This document shows, piece by piece, positions 1 to 9,125 of a stretch of 64,000 nucleotides of DNA (the first letter of the stretch is position 1; each line of letters begins with the position of its first letter). The stretch is from Armatimonadota bacterium (GTDB lineage: Bacteria; Armatimonadota; Zipacnadia; UBA1398; JAKPQA01). Where the stretch lies: assembly GCA_029547025.1 (NCBI GenBank), contig JAKPQA010000226.1:26586-90585 (forward strand). Reading direction: 5' to 3'. The translations under genes were made by a program, and so were the position numbers. Below the pieces are notes generated by a model. The model was given only the letters and a program-made list of their open reading frames with translations, had not been told where the DNA came from and did no database searches.

Positions 1-59
1 CGCGTCCGCCTCGCCCGTGCGAGGTGGGCCACTACTGAGCCGATGGGGGACGCCCGCCG

Positions 60-1373
60 TTGACCGAAGCCTACGCCGCACTCTCACCCGTCCTGCTCCT
101 GTTGACCTTTGGGCTGTTCGTTGCGCTGATGTACGCCCGAGTCATGCCGGCCCTCGTCGCTCTCCCCGCCATGGCGGTGGCGCTATCCATCGCCGGGGGT
201 ATGCCGTGGCAGCGGATCGTCACAGTCACACTCTCCGAAGGCGCACTCCGGCTTCATGCCGCCTATGCCGCCGTCATTTTCGGCGCGGTGCTGTCGCAGG
301 TGGTGCAGCGGGCGGGCGTGGCCGAAGCCATCGTCAAGTGGGCCGCCGAGCTCAGCGGAGAGCGGCCTCTTCTGGTCACCGCCGTGACGGCGGGTGTGAC
401 GATGGTGCTCTTCACCGCTCTCAGCGGGCTGGGCGGCGTCATCATGGTCGCCAGCATCGCGTTTCCGATCCTCCTCGCCATCGGCGTCCGCCCGCTGTCC
501 ATCGCCGGTTCCTTCCTGATCGCCGTGGCGATCGGAGGGTTGATGAACGTGGGCAACTGGCAGTTCTTCATCGAGACCTTCGGTGTGCAGCAGTCCACGC
601 TGCTGAGTTTCGCAGCGGCGATGATGGTCGTGAGTGTCATGGGGCTGACGGCCTTCCTTTGGGTCGACGTGGCGCTGGGGGGCCGCCGGAAGCTGTGGGC
701 GACCCAGTCATTTGCCCCGCGCCGCGAGGTGCCCCCGCTGGCCTTCCTCACCCCGGTGGTGCCCATCGTGTTGGTGGCGGGGTTCACCTGGGGGGGGCAG
801 CTTCGGAGGCTTCCCGACTTCTTCGAGTTCCCGCCAATCGCCGCCATGGCGTGCGGGATCCTCTGGGGTGTCGCCACGGCGAATGGTGGCGGCAAGGGGC
901 GCACGCAACTGGTAGCCGCCTCGGCGACGGAGGGGATCCGGGATGCGGCACCGGCGATCGGGATCATGATTGGCATCGGCATGGTTGTGAATGCCGTGAT
1001 GGACCCGAGCGTGGCGGGGAAGCTTCACCCGTGGCTGTCGCGGCTCTCGTTGCGGTCCCCCGTGGCCTACGTGCTGGCCTTCGGACTCGGGGCGCCCCTG
1101 GCGCTTTATCGCGGCCCGTTGAACCTGTTCGGTCTGGGAGCGGGCATCGCGGTGCTGCTGAGGGACGCGGGTGTGGTCCCCGCCCCGGCCATCGCGGCGG
1201 CACTGCTAGCGGTGGGCCAGGTGCAGGGGATCTGTGATCCCACGAACACGCACAACGTGTGGGTCTCGGATTACCTGGGCCTGGATGTCCATGATGTCAT
1301 GAAGCGCACTCTGCCATACGCGTGGGCCATGGCGCTGGGCGGGCTCGTGTTCGCCGCCTGGCGGTTCCTGTAG
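60..1373 (+). CDS. Ion-transporter (IT) superfamily permease, GntP/CitMHS-like organic-acid transporter
   Basis: 437 aa, about 11-12 hydrophobic segments, IT-like helix pattern, C-terminal GICDPTNTHNVW; TTG start; substrate unknown. Confidence 0.7.
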   Translation: MTEAYAALSPVLLLLTFGLFVALMYARVMPALVALPAMAVALSIAGGMPWQRIVTVTLSEGALRLHAAYAAVIFGAVLSQVVQRAGVAEAIVKWAAELSGERPLLVTAVTAGVTMVLFTALSGLGGVIMVASIAFPILLAIGVRPLSIAGSFLIAVAIGGLMNVGNWQFFIETFGVQQSTLLSFAAAMMVVSVMGLTAFLWVDVALGGRRKLWATQSFAPRREVPPLAFLTPVVPIVLVAGFTWGGQLRRLPDFFEFPPIAAMACGILWGVATANGGGKGRTQLVAASATEGIRDAAPAIGIMIGIGMVVNAVMDPSVAGKLHPWLSRLSLRSPVAYVLAFGLGAPLALYRGPLNLFGLGAGIAVLLRDAGVVPAPAIAAALLAVGQVQGICDPTNTHNVWVSDYLGLDVHDVMKRTLPYAWAMALGGLVFAAWRFL

Positions 1374-1469
1374 GGACAAGGGCACCGCATGGCCCAGAGC
1401 GCCGCAACCGCACCCGGCGCTGATCACCTCGGGGCCGGCGTTGCGCGCCTTGGCGGTCGACCCAACTCG

Positions 1470-2291
1470 CTAGGGAAGCACACGAGCCAAGCTGTCGATA
1501 AGATCCGGGAGGCCGGGGCATGAGAGGAACTCGACGAAACGGTCCAGAGCCTCGGCGGACATACGAGCTCCCGCGTGCGGCGGGAAGAGGGCCACGAGGC
1601 GGCTCACGAAGCCCGACGCCCGGGCCTGAAGCTCAGCGGGGCTGAGGGCCGCCGACTCGAGGAGGATGGCGCGCACCTGCGCCCGGTCGGGCGCAACGAC
1701 ATTGCCGGCCTCGTCCTCGGCGGTCGCCTGGTCGACGAGGGCGTCGGTGATCTCGTCGATGGACTTGCCGCGCTCCGCCTGGGGGATCCGCGAAAGCTCA
1801 TCGACACGCTGGCGGGCTGTGCGCTCGGGCACGAACTCGCCGAAGCAGTCACATCGCTGGATGTCGGTCAGGACCGCATAGGCGCTGGCCGCCTCTTCGC
1901 GGAGGCTCTCGACACCCGCTTCGGCCTCCTGCTCCGCGGCTTCCAGACGTTCGCGGACCGAGTCGAAGCGGCGATCGGCTCGTTCGAGGTCGCCGGACTG
2001 GTACGCCCGCAGGAGCTCGCGGAGAGCCGGGACGGCATCGGTAAGCTGTTGGTCGTGTCGCGCCTCGATGGCTCTCATTTTGGGTCCAATGTCCTCGGCC
2101 TTCCTGCGCAGGGCAGCTCGCTGGGCAGCCGTGGGCTGCATCTGGACGAGCAGGCGGACCGCATGCACCTGGCGCAGCAGGTCCTCGACCTCAGCGGCCG
2201 ACTGGCGGCCCCCTTCGGCCTGCGCCCCGGCACGGGCCGAAGGGAGCCCGGCGAGCAGCGCCACACAGAGGAAGTTGCGCCAGTGCTTCAT
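1470..2291 (-). CDS. Exported all-helical hypothetical protein
   Basis: ATG with GAGGAGG upstream; signal peptide MKHWRNFLCVALLAGLPSARAGA; helical/coiled body; QPTAAQ is a weak resemblance to the LTxxQ motif of Spy/CpxP. Confidence 0.7.
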   Translation of the reverse strand: MKHWRNFLCVALLAGLPSARAGAQAEGGRQSAAEVEDLLRQVHAVRLLVQMQPTAAQRAALRRKAEDIGPKMRAIEARHDQQLTDAVPALRELLRAYQSGDLERADRRFDSVRERLEAAEQEAEAGVESLREEAASAYAVLTDIQRCDCFGEFVPERTARQRVDELSRIPQAERGKSIDEITDALVDQATAEDEAGNVVAPDRAQVRAILLESAALSPAELQARASGFVSRLVALFPPHAGARMSAEALDRFVEFLSCPGLPDLIDSLARVLP

Positions 2292-2336
2292 CGATGGTCC
2301 TCCTCGGATTCGCTGGCCGCCGGAGCGCCGGCGGAC

Positions 2337-5126
2337 CTAGTCCGGGCTCGAAGGCGGAAGGGCCGCGGCGCGCAGCATGACGCGCAGGTCCTCCACATCG
2401 CCCCCGGCGAGCATCACGTAGGTCTGCCCCCGATCGATGGGGACGGCGATGGCATTGGAGCCATCTGCCGGCGGACGGCCGATCTCGTTGCCTACTTCAT
2501 CGAGGATTCGAGGGACGACCGGCCCCGGGGGCGTGATGACCACGCGCCGGGCGGGGGCATGGAGCGGGATGGGCCAGATGGCGGCGACAGCGGAGTCACC
2601 GCAGTCGAACAGGTAGGCCTGGACGACACCGGCGACCACCTCGCGCCCGGCCGGGCGCGGGTGAGGGCCCAGCAGTGACGCCAGGGCAGCCACCGCTGCG
2701 AAGGTCTTTCGAGGCTGTCCGTCCCACTCGAAGAGCGGATCCGTGAAGGATGCGGACAGGTTCGCCCATTCGGGGAAGGCCTGGAGGTAGACGCGTGTCG
2801 CGCCCTGACTGAGCATGGCCACCATGGCTTGGACCGTGAAACTGGCCGCCTCGCGCTCCGAAGCGACACTGCCGAGCAGGGGCAGCGGCAGAGCCAGCGG
2901 CCCGGGATCGTCGTCGGCATAGTAGCCGAACTCGGTGACCCAGATCGGCCGCTGCACGCCGCGCTCGCCTCCGAGCGCCGGGCTGTTGGCCATGGCGCTG
3001 AAGTCGGAGAAGAGCCGGGCCAGGTTCTCGGGGCTCATGTCTCTGGGATAGGCATGGACGTTGAGCGCGTCGGCGAAGGCCCCCAGTCCGAGCGCCAGGA
3101 CTTCGCGGTACAGGGGGAGTGCGCCCCGGCCGGGGCGAGGCAAGGTGCCGAGGCCCGCCACCAGAACTGCCCCCGGATCGGCCTCGCGGCACGCGGCCGT
3201 GGCCGAGCGGGCCAGGTTCACGTACTGCTCGGGACGGTAGAGGGTCCCCGGCAGGCAGTAGGAGCTGACCAGGGGTTCCTGCAGGACCTCCCACGCCCGG
3301 ATCCGGCCCGCGTAGCGACCGGCGGCGGTATGGAGGAATGCAGCGAAGGCCCCGGGGTCGTCAGGGAGCAGGCTCTGCCGCCCCAGCTCGAGGGGCACCC
3401 CAGCGGAACGGATCTGCTCTTCGGTGGCCTGGTTGGCCCAGGGGGCCGAGGGGAACGGGACGCACGCCAGGATGTCCTGGCCCAGACCGGCCAGCAGGTC
3501 GACGAGGCGGTCAGCCCCCGAGAAGTCGGCCTGGCCCGGCTCGGGCTCGATCTGAGCCCAGTTGAGTGCGAGGGTTCGGCTCGAGAGCAGCCCGGCCATC
3601 CGGCCGGCCTGGATTCGCTCGGGGTATGGATAGCCGCGGCTCACTCCGAAGGGGGATGCGGCCGAATCGGCCGTCATGGGGTAGGCAGGCACGCGCGCCA
3701 CACGCGCGAGCTGGGTGGGCTCGCCCTCCGCGAGCTTCACGCTGGCGGAGACGCGGAAGACGCCGTTGGGCGTCCCCTGGAGTTCGTAGTTCACCGATCC
3801 CATGGCGCCGGGGGGGACATCTGCGGGCAGGTCCCGCTGATCGACCAGATCACCAAAGTAGTCGATGGTCCGGACATGGACCGACCCGGCGAACGGCGCG
3901 TCGTCGTAGTTGAAGACATCTACCCGCACCGCCAGTGGCTGGCCGGCGGGGCCGATCCATGCGCCTCCCACCGGGGAGAGGGCCAGCTCGACCGGGTACC
4001 GGGAAACGTAGCGTTCGGGCGGGTCGGCCGGGGCCACGACGACGCTATCCACCCACAGAGTGGGGCCGGCGTGGTCGGGCGGCGGCGCACTGGGTTGGGC
4101 CACGAGGAACGCGAGGTCGCTGGGCGGCGTGAGTGTGCCGCGGTAGCGACACCACGTGGGGCCGGCCATAACCACCTCACCCGAGCGCGCCACACTCTGA
4201 TCGAGGAACACCATACCGATCTGCACCGGCAACTGAGCGCCATCGGTCTTGAGGTACAGGGAGTAGGAGTAGGGCTTACCCGGCTGAAGGCGGAGCCATC
4301 CCAGGGTCGCGAGTTGGAGATCGGTGGCGGGGGCGACGGTCGGCCTGGGATAGTCGGACACCACCATGGGTAGTGCGTCGGCAGACCACCGAAGGCGGTA
4401 GCTGGCCTGACCGTGGACCGCCGTCGAGCGATCGATGTCGCCGACCAGGCCGCCATAGCCCAGGGTCGCCCAACCCGCCCCTCCCAGCTCGAAGCTGCCG
4501 TTGTAGACCAGATTCGGCCGATCCTCGGCGGGCCAGATGTTGTGGTCGGACGGCTGGAGCTCCTCGAGAGACACGTCGTCGAGACGAAGCTCACCCGGTC
4601 CCTCGAAGGCGATGCTGAGCATGCCGGGCGACGCAGCATCGGTGGTTCGCACGTATGCCGCGCGGCGACCCCAGTCGGGTGTGATGTTCGGGATCAGGGC
4701 CGTGGTGCCGCAGACGAGTCCCGTCCGGCCATCCAGCAACTGGATGCGCAGTTGGGTCACATCGGCGCCCCGGGCGAGGAGGGTCACGCGGTACCAGGCC
4801 ATGGCCTGTAGTGGCCGGGTTACCGTGGTCACGACGGCGGTATAGCCCGGCTGCTCCTCGCGGTGCCAGACGGCGAGGCAGTGTCCGCCGTCGGGGGTCT
4901 CCTCGAGCAACATGCCCGAGCCGCCGGCGTCCGACCGCAGGTCCCACAGGTCGGGGCGCTTGTCGCCATCCACATCGCGTTCCATGGAGCCGTTGCGTAC
5001 CAGGTTCACCGCGGACGGGATCTGAGCGTGGCCCGGGGCGGCACCGAACGCGCACGCCACGACGAGCAGAGCCATGGCGATGGGGCGCGGCGGCCACGGA
5101 GGTGGGGGCACCTCCCTCGCCGTCAT
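2337..5126 (-). CDS. Secreted multidomain clan GH-A glycoside hydrolase (GH39-like) with two N-terminal CBM4/9-type modules
   Basis: Signal peptide; two NLVxNGSxE module starts (NLVRNGSME, NLVYNGSFE); TIM barrel with WEVLQEP (acid/base) and IWVTEFG (nucleophile); ATG at 5126 overlaps the upstream TGA (ATGA), so the ORF-track start at 5207 is probably too long. Confidence 0.75.
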   Translation of the reverse strand: MTAREVPPPPWPPRPIAMALLVVACAFGAAPGHAQIPSAVNLVRNGSMERDVDGDKRPDLWDLRSDAGGSGMLLEETPDGGHCLAVWHREEQPGYTAVVTTVTRPLQAMAWYRVTLLARGADVTQLRIQLLDGRTGLVCGTTALIPNITPDWGRRAAYVRTTDAASPGMLSIAFEGPGELRLDDVSLEELQPSDHNIWPAEDRPNLVYNGSFELGGAGWATLGYGGLVGDIDRSTAVHGQASYRLRWSADALPMVVSDYPRPTVAPATDLQLATLGWLRLQPGKPYSYSLYLKTDGAQLPVQIGMVFLDQSVARSGEVVMAGPTWCRYRGTLTPPSDLAFLVAQPSAPPPDHAGPTLWVDSVVVAPADPPERYVSRYPVELALSPVGGAWIGPAGQPLAVRVDVFNYDDAPFAGSVHVRTIDYFGDLVDQRDLPADVPPGAMGSVNYELQGTPNGVFRVSASVKLAEGEPTQLARVARVPAYPMTADSAASPFGVSRGYPYPERIQAGRMAGLLSSRTLALNWAQIEPEPGQADFSGADRLVDLLAGLGQDILACVPFPSAPWANQATEEQIRSAGVPLELGRQSLLPDDPGAFAAFLHTAAGRYAGRIRAWEVLQEPLVSSYCLPGTLYRPEQYVNLARSATAACREADPGAVLVAGLGTLPRPGRGALPLYREVLALGLGAFADALNVHAYPRDMSPENLARLFSDFSAMANSPALGGERGVQRPIWVTEFGYYADDDPGPLALPLPLLGSVASEREAASFTVQAMVAMLSQGATRVYLQAFPEWANLSASFTDPLFEWDGQPRKTFAAVAALASLLGPHPRPAGREVVAGVVQAYLFDCGDSAVAAIWPIPLHAPARRVVITPPGPVVPRILDEVGNEIGRPPADGSNAIAVPIDRGQTYVMLAGGDVEDLRVMLRAAALPPSSPD

Positions 5127-7855
5127 CGATTGGGCTTGCCGTGCCATCGGATCTGCACCACCTGTCGGTCGGTCAAGCCCGCGATCCTGACCGTGCTCGC
5201 ATCCCACTCATAGTCCAACGGGCGCGCCACTCCGAACTCGCTGACGGCCCGCACGGAAGCCGGAGGCCCCTTCCGGCCACAGTCGACCGCGAACCCTCCG
5301 CCCAACCCGGTGCCGTGGATGTCCACTCCGCCCTCGACGGGCACCAGCTGGGCGATCGCGAACCGTTGAACATCATGCACAACCCACTCGCCCAAGGCAA
5401 TCCCGCCGCGGTCCTCGGGCAGAGCGTCGGTTCCGGCGGGAAGCTCTCGGAGGAAGGTGATGGCGTTGCTGAAGAGCAGGGGCAGGCCCTCGCGATCATA
5501 GGCTTCGGCGCGGACCGCCGTGCCGCGCTTCGGGATCCGCAGGTCGAGGGCCGCAGCGAACGGGCCCCCGCCAGTCGGGACGCGCCCCGCCGCAACGCGC
5601 TCGCCGGCCGCCACCCAGACCAGCTCCGCATCGGGTGGCAGCCCTTGGGCGTTCAGCGTGAGGGTGCACCAGTCCCGATCGGTAAGCACGACGCTGCCGG
5701 CCCCAAAGCCTCCCGGAGACGCGGTGATCTCGATGGGGCCGTTGGCGGCGAGGGGGTCACCGAACCAGGCGTGGCCGGCTCGGACAGACTGGAGCACGGC
5801 TGACAGGCTCGCCTCGGGCGAGCGGACCCAAGTGACGAAGGTCCCCTCGCGGGGACTCTCGCCGCCCGTGCTGTCACCCGAGACCCCGATGCCCACCACA
5901 CCCAACCCCTGAGCGAGACAGCTGTCCCAGAACGCCAAGTCGTCGTCGAGCCGCGGGGGGCGGCCGGACCGAGGGCTGATCTCGAACAGCCGCGCACCGT
6001 ACAAGCCGGCGCGCTGCCAGGACACGGCGGCCGGCCCGAGTGCCTGATCGGGGGGTCCGGCGCCCGCCCCATGGGGATTGGACAGCACCAGGGCCCCGGC
6101 GTTGCTGGCAGACCGCGCGGTGGCCCTGGCCCAGTGGGCTGGCTGGTCTTCGGGCACGGCCTCGATGGGCTCGGTCCCTCCTCCCAGGAGGACGAACTGG
6201 GGCGAGTAGTAGGCCGCGGCCACGGCCGCATCGGTCACCAGGTTGGGGTAGTGCCGGAGCCAGGCGCGCCGGACCTGGTCGAGAGCATCGCCCGAGAGTT
6301 CGGCGGAGATCCGTATGGCGTCGAGGAAGAGCCGCCCACCCTGTTGGCCGGTCAGCACCGAGAGCACCACATCGGTGATGGCGTTGTCGGTCCCGGCGGT
6401 GAAGCGGCGCTCGGCGTCGTCGGTGAGGGGCAGCTCGACATGGTTCCACTGACCCGGGGTCCAGGGGAGACTGATCCACGGGCCGTCGCCCTGGGGGCGC
6501 AGTGAACCGTTGCCTCCCACGGCATAGGTCAGCGCATCCCTGTGCCCATCGACCTGGGAGGAGAAGGCGAAACGAAGGATTATGCAGGCGTCCGGGGGCA
6601 CGTCTTCGGGGTAGACCCAGAGGGAGACGGTGACCCGGGCGGCGAGGGGGTAGTGCAGGCGATCCCGGGCGGTCTCCCAGCGGAGGGCCAACTCCCGAGG
6701 CGCCGCGGTCTCGGCGGCGGCGAAGCGCACTTCGAGGGAGCGTTCTCCCGCGTAACACCGCTCGTCCGATATCCGAGGCGTGTCGAACCCCGGCGAGTGC
6801 CCCAGTTCGGTCCAGTGCTCGACCAGGGTCTCCCTGCCGACTGAACGGACCTCCTGGAGGTAGTCGCCCTCGAAGTCGGAGGTGGACGCGTAGGAGTGCC
6901 GAAGGAGTCGCCAGTCCTCGTCGACGGCGACGAGAAGGTCGGTTCCCGAGGCCGCGGCTCGCCACATCTGTGCGTCCATGCTGGCATCGGAGAGACCGAA
7001 GCACGTCCGGGCATGGAACTGGCAGGCAACGACTCCGGGCATGCCGGGGACGTGAGCCACATTGTTCCCCTCTCGGGTCTCGGCGACCCGGTTGGCGGGG
7101 TCGGCCACGACGAAGGCTCCGCCCTGGCCCACGGGTGCCGAGAGGGGAATGGATCGCGTCATCGAGGCGCCGGGCTCGAGTCCGTCGACCACGGATTCGA
7201 CGCCGAGGGGGGCGGAGGGCGATGGTCCCAGAAGGTCGCTGAGTCGCACTCGGCAGGGGAGCTGCAGTGCGGGCCGCGCGCCCAGCCACACTCTGTGGGG
7301 CTCGAACTGGCCCTCGGTGTGCCCGCGGAAGAGGATCAGCGGATCCTGGGGGGGCGCATAGTTCAGGAGCAGGGCCAGGCACTTGTCGGCATCGTAGCCG
7401 CTCGCCTGGCAGTTCACGGCGCCGTCGGCTCCCGCGTACACAATGTCGGGGGGCGCGAAGGAAGACTCGGACAGGCGGTACTCGCCCAGGTCGCTCAACT
7501 GCATCTCGAACCCACCACGGCGGAACCCGGGGCCGCCGGCCCATCGCACCCGGAGCAGAGCGGTGCCGGGCTCTTCTCCGGGCTCGGCCCAGAGAGCCCA
7601 GCCGGGACCGTCGTTTGGCCCGAAGGTGTGGCGGCCCGCCCTCTGGAGGCCCGAGGAGGGCAGAGGCATACCGAGGACATGAATGTCGAACGCGCCGGCC
7701 GGGGCGGTGCCCAGATTGGTGACGGTCACGACCAGTGGACCGCCCGAGGGGGGCGACTCAGGCCGAACCACGGCCAGATCCGGCAGATCCGGGCGTCCAA
7801 GCCCGGGCCCGGCGGAGACGAGGAGGACAGCTAGGACCCAATAGACCGAACCCAC
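5123..7855 (-). CDS. Secreted CARDB + PHP-like (CehA/McbA-type) protein with inserted beta-sandwich modules
   Basis: Signal peptide; CARDB halves PDLAVV..VTVTNLGTAPAGAF and VVADPANRVAETREGNN; PHP-like QFHARTCFGLSDA; C-terminal AVRAGH..F and VRAEAY..LLFSNAI typical of CehA/McbA proteins. Confidence 0.62.
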   Translation of the reverse strand: MGSVYWVLAVLLVSAGPGLGRPDLPDLAVVRPESPPSGGPLVVTVTNLGTAPAGAFDIHVLGMPLPSSGLQRAGRHTFGPNDGPGWALWAEPGEEPGTALLRVRWAGGPGFRRGGFEMQLSDLGEYRLSESSFAPPDIVYAGADGAVNCQASGYDADKCLALLLNYAPPQDPLILFRGHTEGQFEPHRVWLGARPALQLPCRVRLSDLLGPSPSAPLGVESVVDGLEPGASMTRSIPLSAPVGQGGAFVVADPANRVAETREGNNVAHVPGMPGVVACQFHARTCFGLSDASMDAQMWRAAASGTDLLVAVDEDWRLLRHSYASTSDFEGDYLQEVRSVGRETLVEHWTELGHSPGFDTPRISDERCYAGERSLEVRFAAAETAAPRELALRWETARDRLHYPLAARVTVSLWVYPEDVPPDACIILRFAFSSQVDGHRDALTYAVGGNGSLRPQGDGPWISLPWTPGQWNHVELPLTDDAERRFTAGTDNAITDVVLSVLTGQQGGRLFLDAIRISAELSGDALDQVRRAWLRHYPNLVTDAAVAAAYYSPQFVLLGGGTEPIEAVPEDQPAHWARATARSASNAGALVLSNPHGAGAGPPDQALGPAAVSWQRAGLYGARLFEISPRSGRPPRLDDDLAFWDSCLAQGLGVVGIGVSGDSTGGESPREGTFVTWVRSPEASLSAVLQSVRAGHAWFGDPLAANGPIEITASPGGFGAGSVVLTDRDWCTLTLNAQGLPPDAELVWVAAGERVAAGRVPTGGGPFAAALDLRIPKRGTAVRAEAYDREGLPLLFSNAITFLRELPAGTDALPEDRGGIALGEWVVHDVQRFAIAQLVPVEGGVDIHGTGLGGGFAVDCGRKGPPASVRAVSEFGVARPLDYEWDASTVRIAGLTDRQVVQIRWHGKPNR

Positions 7856-7985
7856 CGCGGTTCCTCACGGGTTGATTGCGAGGATCAGAACCCACGCGAT
7901 GTCTTCACTTGCGGCCCGCGACTCCCTGCTTCGCAGAACCAGAAGGACGGCAGGGCGCGCGGACTCACGACCGAGAGGTGCGCCC

Positions 7986-9020
7986 ATGCGCTTCATTCAG
8001 GCACGGTTCGGCCATGCAGCACGCGTTGCCTTCATGGTGGTTGGACTGCTGGGATTCGCGGGACCTTCGCACGGCTATGTGGGCGACTATGAGTCGACGT
8101 ACTGGCGGGCGTGGATCATGGTGAGCCAGGGCAAGTGGAGCGATGCGGCCAAGTCCGCCCGGATCTCGCTCGCCCACATGGCCAAGCGGTATGGCATCGT
8201 GGAGGCCCAGATGGCCCGGTTCGAGGAGCGCGCGGCGACGGCCAGCCCCGAGGACCGGGCCGCGCTCAGGCAGGAACTGGGGTTCCTGGCCAAGCGCCTG
8301 GCGTGGATGGACGTCCGAAAAAACGGAAACGAATGGATCGTGGCCGAAGCTGAGAAGCCCGGCGCGGGCGTGCTCCCGTACATCCAGGAGGACGCGGCGC
8401 TGGTGGTGTCGCTGTACCAGCAGGCCACGCTGTACCAGGTTCGGGCGGCCAACTACGAGCAGCGGCGCGGACGGTTCGACGAGGCGGATGCGTACCATCA
8501 GGAGGCCCTGCGGCGTTGGGACGACGCTGCCAAGCAGATGGGCGATCGCCTGGCGGCCCTGCGGGCTCAGGTGTCGGGGCGGGAGCCGTCAGCCGCCGAG
8601 GCGGCACGGCTCGCGTTCCTTGAGGAGTGGGCCGGTCGGTACGCGGACACGGCCACGGGACTCCGTTCGGAGTATGAGCGGCTGCGCGACCCGCGGGCGC
8701 TGGTGGCGAATGGTCTGTTCTACCGCCAGCGCGCGCGGCTCTATGAGGATGACCCGGACAGCGAGTTCCGCTCGACCTACCGAGCGCGCGTTCAGTTCTA
8801 CTTCGACAAGGCCCTGTGGCGGTGCCGGCAGCTGCTCGATCGGCGGGATGCGGATCCCTCGCTGAAGGCGCTGGAGTCCTCGCTCGACAAGGAGCAGCCC
8901 GACCCGGAAGGCGAACCATGCCCCGCTTCGTACTATGACGCGGTCACGGAGGAGTACAAGATGTACACCTACTTCTACGAGTTCTGGCGCGAGGGAGCCA
9001 CCGGCATCAGCATCGACTAG
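7986..9020 (+). CDS. Exported helical (TPR-like) hypothetical protein
   Basis: GAGAGGTG RBS before ATG 7986; signal peptide ending PSHG; Ala/Arg/Glu/Tyr-rich helical repeats. Confidence 0.7.
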   Translation: MRFIQARFGHAARVAFMVVGLLGFAGPSHGYVGDYESTYWRAWIMVSQGKWSDAAKSARISLAHMAKRYGIVEAQMARFEERAATASPEDRAALRQELGFLAKRLAWMDVRKNGNEWIVAEAEKPGAGVLPYIQEDAALVVSLYQQATLYQVRAANYEQRRGRFDEADAYHQEALRRWDDAAKQMGDRLAALRAQVSGREPSAAEAARLAFLEEWAGRYADTATGLRSEYERLRDPRALVANGLFYRQRARLYEDDPDSEFRSTYRARVQFYFDKALWRCRQLLDRRDADPSLKALESSLDKEQPDPEGEPCPASYYDAVTEEYKMYTYFYEFWREGATGISID

Positions 9021-9125
9021 GTGGAGAGGGACCGGAACTCCATCGGCCGAAGTGAACTCTGATAGTGTGGCCCCCCGGGCTGTGCGGCTCGGCGGGGCCA
9101 GGACGAGGTGTGTGAGGCAGTGGCC

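Noticed and set aside
2829-4373. Long + strand ORF (514 aa) and similar long ORFs such as 1575-2678, 48959-50560 and 58477-61002
   Set aside because: Antisense shadows of well-supported genes, expected at this GC content; Arg/Gly/Pro-rich with no motifs
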